The notes beneath the pieces were generated by a model that saw only the letters and a program-made list of their open reading frames with translations, made no database searches and was not told where the DNA came from. This document shows positions 1 through 6,809 of a stretch of 36,809 nt of DNA, in pieces. Both the position numbers and the translations under genes were made by a program. Source of the DNA: a virus; IMG/VR virus record IMGVR_UViG_3300045988_038600, positions 1-36,809 of that record. One strand, 5' to 3'. Each line of letters opens with the position of its first letter. Position 1 is the stretch's first letter.

Positions 1-99
1 GTTTTTTTTGAGAAAAGTTTTGGTAGTTCATAATTAAGCCGTATCTTTGAAATGTCAAAAGGAAATAACCACTTAAAAATTAAAGATATGAAGAGTCAA
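1..99. repeat. Terminal overlap copy 1, identical to 36711-36809. Indicates a circularly closed assembly with a 36,710-bp unit.
   Basis: Direct comparison shows 99/99 identical bases at the two window ends, and the flanks diverge. Confidence 0.95.
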
Positions 100-109
100 T
101 TTATAGAAT
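18..109 (+). repeat. 92-bp perfect direct repeat, copy 1 (promoter plus the first 19 codons of the leader gene)
   Basis: 18-109 is identical to 2487-2578 by base-by-base reading. Confidence 0.9.
19..49 (+). promoter_or_regulatory. Bacteroidota-type promoter P1 (-33 TTTG at 19-22, -7 TAtcTTTG at 42-49, 19-nt spacer)
   Basis: Matches the Bacteroides primary-sigma consensus TTTG / TAnnTTTG. The same element recurs at 2488-2518 and, diverged, at 29103-29132 with both boxes conserved. Confidence 0.7.
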
Positions 110-315
110 TAACAAGAAGAACCGCTCTAGAAGATGTAATAATCAGAAATGACAATTCTGAAAAGTCAAAGATGATCCAGGAAAAACAAAGAGCACTTGA
201 AAATGCTAAAGAAAACGCCGAGTATTACAGGTCCATAGGGCAAAATGAATTTGCAGATAATGAAGCTAGCAGGGCGCGTTTATTGGAAAGACAAATCAAA
301 TTATTAAAAAATTAA
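52..315 (+). CDS. Hypothetical early protein, predicted coiled-coil. The true start may be the Met at 88.
   Basis: ORF track. It is the first gene after P1 and ends in tandem TAA TAA stops. The ATG at 52 lies only 2 nt after the -7 box. Confidence 0.6.
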   Translation: MSKGNNHLKIKDMKSQFIELTRRTALEDVIIRNDNSEKSKMIQEKQRALENAKENAEYYRSIGQNEFADNEASRARLLERQIKLLKN

Positions 316-321
316 TAACCT

Positions 322-339
322 GGCGGGGTAGCACCCGCC
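322..339 (+). promoter_or_regulatory. Conserved intercistronic hairpin, copy 1 (GGCGGG / loop GTAGCA / CCCGCC)
   Basis: 6-bp GC stem with no U-tract. The homolog at 2822-2839 has two compensatory pair swaps and conserved flanks (AATAACC ... ACAACA). Confidence 0.6.
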
Positions 340-355
340 ACAACACTAAAAGGAT

Positions 356-637
356 ATGAAACAGAATATAGGAGAACTAAGCGAGGCGGATTTAAAAGCC
401 CGCCGCCGCTTCTGGAACAAAAAAGGATTTTTCGGAGAACCTACAAAGAAACAGATCGAACGGGATTCAATGAAAATGCAGAAACTAGTTAAGGCGCTGA
501 AAGCCCGTTCATTTGAAAGAGTTATGAAAATACGTACCTCTACATGGACGAACAATCTTTCCCCCGAAGCACTCCTGATACTGAACGCTAGCGAATCAGA
601 TTTAAATCACGCAATATCAACCTTTAAAATATTTTAG
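356..637 (+). CDS. Hypothetical early protein. It has an Arg-rich N-terminal patch (KARRRFWNKK), and its C-terminal half is paralogous to 2521-2811.
   Basis: ORF track. Nucleotide homology links 458-515 and 581-630 to 2608-2665 and 2758-2807. Confidence 0.65.
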   Translation: MKQNIGELSEADLKARRRFWNKKGFFGEPTKKQIERDSMKMQKLVKALKARSFERVMKIRTSTWTNNLSPEALLILNASESDLNHAISTFKIF

Positions 638-640
638 ATC

Positions 641-727
641 ATGAAACAGTTTGTAGTTTACACGTTTTGGGCGATTCTATTTGTATTATTCATTTTGTTG
701 TGCTGTGAGCCAACAACTAATATTTAA
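641..727 (+). CDS. Possible 28-aa hydrophobic peptide (MKQFVVYTFWAILFVLFILLCCEPTTNI)
   Basis: Hand translation. It starts 3 nt after the previous stop and ends 4 nt before the next ATG. It falls below the ORF-track length cut-off. Confidence 0.35.
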   Translation: MKQFVVYTFWAILFVLFILLCCEPTTNI

Positions 728-731
728 CGGT

Positions 732-923
732 ATGGTGCAGATATTAAGAGTTAATATAGTAACCACAGCGGGAACTATTGTAAGAGACTACACAGAAGTA
801 GCGGACGAACTAGGGGTCTACGTTGTAGAGGATATAGAGGCGGAACGCCAATACATCGCCGACTGTTACACCTCACAGGGGTACATTGTGGAGCGTGTTA
901 ATTTAATGTACGTAACGAAATGA
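732..923 (+). CDS. Hypothetical protein (63 aa from the ATG at 732; the track starts it at TTG 681)
   Basis: ORF track frame. The ATG at 732 follows the small ORF, and the stop overlaps the next start (ATGA at 920). Confidence 0.55.
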   Translation: MVQILRVNIVTTAGTIVRDYTEVADELGVYVVEDIEAERQYIADCYTSQGYIVERVNLMYVTK

Positions 924-1891
924 TTTTATGTATTATCTTAGCGGCGGTACTTATCGCGATCGCCGCATATTATCCAATTAAACTTATAAAATTTTATTGT
1001 ATGGAAAGTTTTGAACAAGGCCTGAAGGCCAAAATTACACGGGACTTAAGAGAAGGAAGAGTTTCTACTAACCTTATTTTGCTGACGCTTGGCGCGGGCG
1101 GTTTGCGTCTCACACGTAACCAATTAGATGTTATTTTCGAATGGATGTTACAGAATACGAACGCGTGGCGCGTGCACACGTACGCAGACAAAAAGGTAGC
1201 AGTGGTGTTTGCGCGCTCTCCATTCCACCCGGAAGAGTGGGATAATTACAAGGACTACAAACACGTGATGCTCCAAATGTTCGGCGGGTTCGGAACTTAT
1301 GACTTTCTAACCGCCCGCACCACCGAGGTCGAATCATACCGGATTAAGAAAAACCTAGAAATTTCATTAAAAGAACTAGCCATTATTGACAACCCTATAA
1401 AACTGTATGACTACGTTACGTTTGACTACAATGGGGTGCCTACTCTGGGAATGGTAACAGGTAATGGTGTAAGGGACGGAATTTATTCTGTGAAAATATT
1501 ATCCGGGGAATTGCGCGGACAACGTGCAACACTTGGAAAAGGGAACAGAATAGCTAAAATAGAACCGGATGAAGCGGTTAAGGAACTGGCCCGGCAAAAG
1601 GAGGAGTGGAAGAACAAGAAGCTCGAGGAAACCATAGTGGAACGGAGAGAAACGTTTAGAGAGAAGTATGGCAACATTGTACGCGGATCATATTTGAAGA
1701 GCGGGATTTCCCTTTATATAGTCGAATCCGTAGACATGGTAGAAGAAAAAGCTACGGCGATTAGACTATTATGTTCTTTTATCAAACAACCCGCGGGTGA
1801 AAAGTGCATACTTCCCTTAGAAAATGGATTTAAATTAATAACAGCTGAAGAAGCAGCAGAAATTTTATTAAAAGAATACAGCAATGAGTAA
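920..1891 (+). CDS. Hypothetical protein, 323 aa, with a hydrophobic N-terminus
   Basis: ORF track. ATGA start/stop coupling with the upstream gene. Confidence 0.7.
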   Translation: MILCIILAAVLIAIAAYYPIKLIKFYCMESFEQGLKAKITRDLREGRVSTNLILLTLGAGGLRLTRNQLDVIFEWMLQNTNAWRVHTYADKKVAVVFARSPFHPEEWDNYKDYKHVMLQMFGGFGTYDFLTARTTEVESYRIKKNLEISLKELAIIDNPIKLYDYVTFDYNGVPTLGMVTGNGVRDGIYSVKILSGELRGQRATLGKGNRIAKIEPDEAVKELARQKEEWKNKKLEETIVERRETFREKYGNIVRGSYLKSGISLYIVESVDMVEEKATAIRLLCSFIKQPAGEKCILPLENGFKLITAEEAAEILLKEYSNE

Positions 1892-2153
1892 CAAGAAAAA
1901 ATTAAAATCACGCGATGGCGCAACGCGCATAACACCGGACAAAAGTACAGGAGACTTTTGCGGACTGTATAAGTTACAAACGTATAACGATCGCCGCGGA
2001 GTATGGGAGAACTTGAAAGGGTGTACCAACATCACCTGGGGCAAAGCCGTAATAGCCCGGAAAAATTTCGTAGCTCTACGAAGGGCGTGCAAAGTGGCAA
2101 ACGGCGCAAGCCTGCATATTAACGTACCAACATATGAGGGCAACGGAAACTAG
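1884..2153 (+). CDS. Hypothetical protein, 89 aa
   Basis: ORF track. Short overlaps with both neighbours. Confidence 0.6.
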   Translation: MSNKKKLKSRDGATRITPDKSTGDFCGLYKLQTYNDRRGVWENLKGCTNITWGKAVIARKNFVALRRACKVANGASLHINVPTYEGNGN

Positions 2154-2442
2154 TGAAAAGGTATTCGAGCGTACTATGTCTAAGTACGTAGAGAATAAAG
2201 GAGGGATGGCAGTTAAGCTGCTATCCCAATTTATTAACGGGCTCCCGGATCGGCTGTACTTGTTACCGGGTGGGACGGTTATCTTTGTTGAGTTCAAGTC
2301 TACGGGCTGCAAGCCTAGACCGATACAGCGCGTTATACTCGACCGGATCGCCGCGCTAGACTTTAATGTACGTGTAGTATCGAACCCTGACGAGTACAAC
2401 GATTTGAAGGAATTGATAGACTTTTATGTTAACGGGCGTTAA
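2134..2442 (+). CDS. VRR-NUC domain nuclease
   Basis: The segment GLPDRLYLLPGGTVIFVEFKSTGCKPRPIQ...VRVV fits the VRR-NUC (PD-(D/E)XK) core pattern G.PD...E.K...Q. Confidence 0.8.
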   Translation: MRATETSEKVFERTMSKYVENKGGMAVKLLSQFINGLPDRLYLLPGGTVIFVEFKSTGCKPRPIQRVILDRIAALDFNVRVVSNPDEYNDLKELIDFYVNGR

Positions 2443-2486
2443 CTAGGAGCGTTTAATGCAAATCAAAGTTAAGAGTTTACCCTATA

Positions 2487-2578
2487 TTTTGGTAGTTCAT
2501 AATTAAGCCGTATCTTTGAAATGTCAAAAGGAAATAACCACTTAAAAATTAAAGATATGAAGAGTCAATTTATAGAAT
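2487..2578 (+). repeat. 92-bp perfect direct repeat, copy 2
   Basis: Identical to 18-109, with an offset of 2469 bp. Confidence 0.9.
2488..2518 (+). promoter_or_regulatory. Promoter P2, an identical copy of P1 (-33 TTTG at 2488-2491, -7 TAtcTTTG at 2511-2518)
   Basis: Lies within the 92-bp perfect repeat. It lacks the CTAAAGTTTTTT..GAGAAAAG upstream segment found at P1 and PB. Confidence 0.65.
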
Positions 2579-2811
2579 GTTTTGTAGAACTTACGGAGGA
2601 AGAATTAGAACGCAGTTCGATGAAAATGCAGGAGTTAGTTAAGGCGTTGAAAACCTTTACCCCCGAAGAAGTTAAGAAAATACGCTCTACAAAATCTCTC
2701 CCTCCTTATTTCGCTAAACTAGAGATAAAAGAGTTTACCGCCGATATGCTCACAGTGCTAAACGCTAGCGAATCAGATTTTAATCACGCAATAGCAACCT
2801 TTAAAATTTAA
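2521..2811 (+). CDS. Mosaic hypothetical protein. The N-terminal 19 aa are identical to the 52-315 product, and the C-terminal ~70 aa are paralogous to the 356-637 product.
   Basis: ORF track plus the nucleotide alignments described in the findings. Confidence 0.65.
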   Translation: MSKGNNHLKIKDMKSQFIECFVELTEEELERSSMKMQELVKALKTFTPEEVKKIRSTKSLPPYFAKLEIKEFTADMLTVLNASESDFNHAIATFKI

Positions 2812-2821
2812 ATAATAACCC

Positions 2822-2839
2822 GGGCGGGTAACACCGCCC
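2822..2839 (+). promoter_or_regulatory. Conserved intercistronic hairpin, copy 2 (GGGCGG / loop GTAACA / CCGCCC)
   Basis: Same length, position and flanks as 322-339. Pairs 3 and 4 are swapped C:G->G:C and G:C->C:G. Confidence 0.6.
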
Positions 2840-2855
2840 ACAACATCCAAAAGAT

Positions 2856-3083
2856 ACGAAAGAAAAAATTTTAATTATTGGAAGACCTGGAACAGGTAAA
2901 ACAAATTTAGGAAATGTGTTATCCGAGTTAATGAATTATGATTTAGTGGATGAAGTTCCTTCTGCGCAGTGGCTATTCGTAAATGCCGAACCGAGAACGG
3001 TATATGTGTCAAACAGTATAACGAAGGCAGAAGCCACCCTGTATCTAAGGAATTTCACGGTAATCACAGTATCAAACTTATAA
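2856..3083 (+). pseudogene. P-loop NTPase-like ORF (..KEKILIIGRPGTGKTNLG.., 75 codons) with no ATG/GTG/TTG before the Walker A motif. ACG sits at the position homologous to the ATG at 356.
   Basis: Hand translation gives an open frame from 2832 to the TAA at 3081-3083. An ungapped alignment of 340-371 with 2840-2871 places ATG(356) over ACG(2856). Confidence 0.45.
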
Positions 3084-3094
3084 AAATTAGAATC

Positions 3095-3526
3095 ATGAAA
3101 AAATTAATCAGTATTTTAGCAGTAGTTTTGTTATCAGTTAGCGCAATGGCGCAAGTATCATCCGCATCAGGCAGCCTAAAGACGCTTAAGTCTTTCCGTC
3201 TAGGGACTTGTAAGATCGTAGAAGTAACGAAGGGCGACGCAGTAACCTATCAGATCACCGGACAGCTAGCCGGAACAAGTTCCCTAGAGATGGACATCGA
3301 TCTAGGCGACGCGGACGCGGCGGTTAAGACGCTCTTAAGTCTGGCCGAGTACAAGCCTTCAAGTAGAAATGAGATAGTACACCTTAACAACCCTGCGGGA
3401 CATACCGCACGTTTCCCGAAGATGGCGGGCGTGTGGCAGATATTCAGCCCGGGCAATCAGTTCACCGTTAACATCTCACGTAACGAGCTTAAGAAGATGG
3501 CGGAAGTAATAACCAATAATAAATAA
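3095..3526 (+). CDS. Secreted protein with a signal peptide (MKKLISILAVVLLSVSAMA/QV), 143 aa
   Basis: The frame is that of track ORF 2969-3526. The ATG at 3095 gives a classical n-h-c signal peptide, so the GTG-started extension is likely spurious. Confidence 0.7.
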   Translation: MKKLISILAVVLLSVSAMAQVSSASGSLKTLKSFRLGTCKIVEVTKGDAVTYQITGQLAGTSSLEMDIDLGDADAAVKTLLSLAEYKPSSRNEIVHLNNPAGHTARFPKMAGVWQIFSPGNQFTVNISRNELKKMAEVITNNK

Positions 3527-3533
3527 GATCATC

Positions 3534-3947
3534 ATGGAAGTATATAGAAACAACAACGGGCAATTACTCAAAGTAACAAAAGCCCAAAACGGGCGGATCG
3601 TAGCAAAGTGTGGAAATAAAACGAAGAGTTTCGAGAACGAAAAGCAATTTAACGTGCACCTGTATAACAAAGGTTTTCACCTTGCAATGACAGACCGTGC
3701 CACAATATTCGCGCGTCGATTCGAAGAATACGGGAACTTATCAGCGTTTATTGATATGATCCCCAACAAAGATTTAGCCTTTCAGAAAGACGGAGCGATT
3801 TACACATGTTGGTTTTTGGAGTTCAAACCTAACGGAATGGTAGAGGTTAAGGCTAATACGGACTTCTCATATACGAACGAACTAGGATATAAATCCGTGA
3901 CATTGAACATATCAGATTTAATTGTAATTCAAGGAGGGATAGAATAA
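3534..3947 (+). CDS. Hypothetical protein, 137 aa
   Basis: ORF track. TAATG coupling to the next gene. Confidence 0.65.
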   Translation: MEVYRNNNGQLLKVTKAQNGRIVAKCGNKTKSFENEKQFNVHLYNKGFHLAMTDRATIFARRFEEYGNLSAFIDMIPNKDLAFQKDGAIYTCWFLEFKPNGMVEVKANTDFSYTNELGYKSVTLNISDLIVIQGGIE

Positions 3948-4375
3948 TGGTAGACTTCAATAAGAAACTAAAGGTAGACCGTATCAATCTATTTTGTGAT
4001 GTGGTTACGAAGATGGCGAACGGAACGCCCGCCGAGGGCTACGCGATCGGGGACGCTATCAAGCAATTACCCGAGAACCTGCAACAGTTTTTAATATCAG
4101 AAGTACCGGACGTGATACTACGCAGGGAGTACGGCCGCCGGGAACTACACAAGGGTGACAACGTAGCGTTCGAAGGGGCCGACACGATAGCCGAGGTTTA
4201 CAAGGAAGAAGTGTTTAACGCCAATAAGGCGGAAGCCCTGAAAGACTTGCTAGGTATCAAATCAAAGTTCCCCGATATACTGGACGTTGTAGCGGAAGTC
4301 CTTAAGTGTTTCCCGGAACGGTACACGCTAGATGATATTTTCGACATGTTGTACAAAAAGGATTTAGGGCTATGA
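3947..4375 (+). CDS. Hypothetical protein, 142 aa
   Basis: ORF track. Abuts the next start (TGAATG). Confidence 0.65.
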   Translation: MVDFNKKLKVDRINLFCDVVTKMANGTPAEGYAIGDAIKQLPENLQQFLISEVPDVILRREYGRRELHKGDNVAFEGADTIAEVYKEEVFNANKAEALKDLLGIKSKFPDILDVVAEVLKCFPERYTLDDIFDMLYKKDLGL

Positions 4376-4852
4376 ATGAGGGATTCAAAAAAATCTAGTT
4401 CATACTCTGATGAGTGGTACACGCCCAAATTCATCATAGACAGTTTAGGCAAATTTGATTTAGACCCGTGCGCACCGAGCGTACCACTATTCAAAACCGC
4501 CGAAGTGATGTATAATGAATTCGACGACGGACTAGCGCAAAAATGGGAGGGGCGCGTGTGGCTTAACCCGCCTTATTCCCGTCCGCTGATAAACAAGTTT
4601 ATGCGCCGGATGACAGAACACAACCGAGGGACGGCCCTAATCTTTTCGAGGACTGACACGGAACTGTTTCACACGGAAGTGTTCGGCAAGGCAACCGCGG
4701 TTAAGTTCTTGAAAGGTAGAATTAAGTTTCTAAGGCCGGACGGAAGCGAAGCCGGGACACCCGGATGTGGTAGCGTGTTAATCGCGTACGGTGAAGAGGA
4801 TGCGAATATGTTAGAATGTAATGAACTAGAAGGAAAATTTATAAGGTTATGA
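4376..4852 (+). CDS. Phage Dam-type DNA N6-adenine methyltransferase
   Basis: The motifs SDEWYTP...DLDPCA...VWLNPPYS are typical of the small phage N6-adenine methyltransferase family (NPPY catalytic motif). Confidence 0.8.
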   Translation: MRDSKKSSSYSDEWYTPKFIIDSLGKFDLDPCAPSVPLFKTAEVMYNEFDDGLAQKWEGRVWLNPPYSRPLINKFMRRMTEHNRGTALIFSRTDTELFHTEVFGKATAVKFLKGRIKFLRPDGSEAGTPGCGSVLIAYGEEDANMLECNELEGKFIRL

Positions 4853-5001
4853 AATGTATATACGGATATAATAAGGAATACACCGGAACTATAATACAGT
4901 TCGTAGTGGTGGGGGCTGATGTAAGAGCCATTGTAATGAATTCAATTAGCAAACGGGTTAGTGTCGAGCCACTACATGTATTAATAATAACGAAATTATG
5001 A
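4849..5001 (+). CDS. Small hypothetical protein, 50 aa (not in the ORF track)
   Basis: Hand translation with no internal stop. ATGA overlaps occur at both ends (4849-4852 and 4998-5001), suggesting translational coupling. Confidence 0.5.
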   Translation: MKCIYGYNKEYTGTIIQFVVVGADVRAIVMNSISKRVSVEPLHVLIITKL

Positions 5002-5216
5002 AAACAATTAGAGTAGGCGGGCATACATACGCCGCGGTGGAAGTAGATGAAAACACAGCGTGCAAAGGCTGCATATTTTATACGGTCGGGTGGGACATGA
5101 ATACACCGAGGTGCACCGCGGTTGATATCCCCGAGCTTCAGTGCGACGCGGATAACAGGGAGGACGGAAAGAACGTTATATTTAAATTAATGGCTAACAA
5201 TGTTACAGAGGAGTAA
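4998..5216 (+). CDS. Small Cys-rich protein (G.TY.A.E...C.GC.F motif), paralog of 6806-6970
   Basis: ORF track. It shares GHTYAAVEVDENTACKGCIF with GVTYVAELQAKGGLCAGCAF in the paralog. Confidence 0.6.
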   Translation: MKTIRVGGHTYAAVEVDENTACKGCIFYTVGWDMNTPRCTAVDIPELQCDADNREDGKNVIFKLMANNVTEE

Positions 5217-6573
5217 TTTACATGGTTATCAGCGTACCGCCGTCCAGCACATCAAGGAACACCCGGACGCGGCTCTATTCCTTGATATGGGACTGGGAAA
5301 GACGGTGAGCACGCTAACGGCCGTAGCCGATCTAATAAACGAGTTCGAAGTCACTAAGGTGTTGATAGTAGCCCCCAAGCGTGTAGCCGAAATGACGTGG
5401 GGCGATGAGATCGAGAACTGGGCGCATATCCGCCACCTTCGTTTGTCAGTCATTAAAGGCACGGCGAAGCAACGCGAGATCGCAGCACGGGCTGACGCGG
5501 ACGTTTACACAGTGAGCCGGGACAACCTTGTTTGGCTTCTGCAAATGTGGGGAGGGTCTAAAGTACCGTACGATATGTTGGTACTGGACGAGTTGTCCTC
5601 TTTCAAAAACCATCAGTCTAAACGCTTTAAAGCCGCAAAGATTATCCGGAGAAGTGTTAGCCGGGTGGTGGGTCTGACGGGTACGCCGGCACCGAACGGA
5701 CTAATAGACCTATGGGCGCAAATGTATTTAGTCGATGGAGGGCAAAGGTTGGGAAAGACGATCACCGATTACAGGGCCAACTACTTCAGACCGGGCGCGC
5801 AGAACGGAGGTATAGTGTACGAGTACAAACCGCTTGCAACAACCGAGGCGGTATTAGGCGAGAAAATAGCCGACATCACATTATCAATGAAAGCCCTAGA
5901 CTTCCTAGATATGCCGGAACTTACATACCTAAACAACTACGTAGAGTTATCGCCAAAGGTGAAGAAGCAGTACGATAAGTTTGAAGAGGATCAAGTACTC
6001 CAGCTTATGCAAGAGGAAGAGATCACAGCGTTAAGCGCGGCGGCCCTATCAAACAAACTCTTACAGTTCGCGGGCGGTGCGATCTATGACGCGGACCGGA
6101 ACATACACACCGTGCATGATGAGAAGCTAGAGACGTTGGTAGAGATGATAGAAGCCGCGAACGGATCTCCAGTACTGGTTGCTTACAACTTCCAGCACGA
6201 GAAAGCACGCATACTGGAAGCCCTGAAAGGTTTTGGCGCGGAAGCCCTTGAAGGTGTGGATAGCGTACGCCGGTGGAACGAGGGAAAGATACCCGTCTTA
6301 GTGACGCACCCGGCTAGCGCGGGGCATGGCCTCAACATGCAGAAGGGCGGCAACCGGATAATATGGTACGGTACTACCTGGAGCCTGGAACTATACCAGC
6401 AGTTCAACGCCCGCTTATGGAGACAGGGACAAAAGAATAGCGTGTTTGTCCATCACATTATTACGCGGGGTACAATTGACGAGCGGGTTATTGGAGCATT
6501 GACCGGGAAAGCGGACACGCAAAACGGTTTAATGAATATGGTTAAAGAACTAATTAAAAAATATAGAGTATGA
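5200..6573 (+). CDS. SNF2-family helicase/ATPase
   Basis: Motif I LDMGLGKT, motif II LVLDELSSF, C-terminal helicase motifs (HPASAGHGLNMQ), and QGQ near the end. Confidence 0.9.
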   Translation: MLQRSNLHGYQRTAVQHIKEHPDAALFLDMGLGKTVSTLTAVADLINEFEVTKVLIVAPKRVAEMTWGDEIENWAHIRHLRLSVIKGTAKQREIAARADADVYTVSRDNLVWLLQMWGGSKVPYDMLVLDELSSFKNHQSKRFKAAKIIRRSVSRVVGLTGTPAPNGLIDLWAQMYLVDGGQRLGKTITDYRANYFRPGAQNGGIVYEYKPLATTEAVLGEKIADITLSMKALDFLDMPELTYLNNYVELSPKVKKQYDKFEEDQVLQLMQEEEITALSAAALSNKLLQFAGGAIYDADRNIHTVHDEKLETLVEMIEAANGSPVLVAYNFQHEKARILEALKGFGAEALEGVDSVRRWNEGKIPVLVTHPASAGHGLNMQKGGNRIIWYGTTWSLELYQQFNARLWRQGQKNSVFVHHIITRGTIDERVIGALTGKADTQNGLMNMVKELIKKYRV

Positions 6574-6809
6574 AAAGAGTAAGTTACAAAGTGGGTGATA
6601 TTGTAGAACTGGCAGACGGTGTGCAATACGTGTATCGCGGACAGAATAGGAAACTAAGAAGCTATGTGTACGATCCGGTATTACCGAACCGGTTACCGAT
6701 ATTCTTCGCCTTGACGGATGAAGAGTGTGTAAAGTATGGTTATAATATAGGTGCGGTTCCGTTTTCTTGGAAAGTGGACGTAAGCGTTGTAGTGCTTAAA
6801 GGGGTATGA
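6570..6809 (+). CDS. Hypothetical protein, 79 aa
   Basis: ORF track. ATGA coupling at both ends. Confidence 0.6.
   Translation: MKRVSYKVGDIVELADGVQYVYRGQNRKLRSYVYDPVLPNRLPIFFALTDEECVKYGYNIGAVPFSWKVDVSVVVLKGV

Noticed and set aside
681-731. TTG-started extension of the 681-923 track ORF
   Set aside because: It overlaps the better-fitting 28-aa hydrophobic ORF in another frame. The ATG at 732 follows that ORF's stop by 4 nt, consistent with the compact coupling seen elsewhere.
2969-3094. N-terminal 42-codon GTG-started extension of the 2969-3526 track ORF
   Set aside because: The internal ATG at 3095 yields a perfect signal peptide. The extension overlaps the P-loop ORF frame and looks like read-through of non-coding or other-frame sequence.
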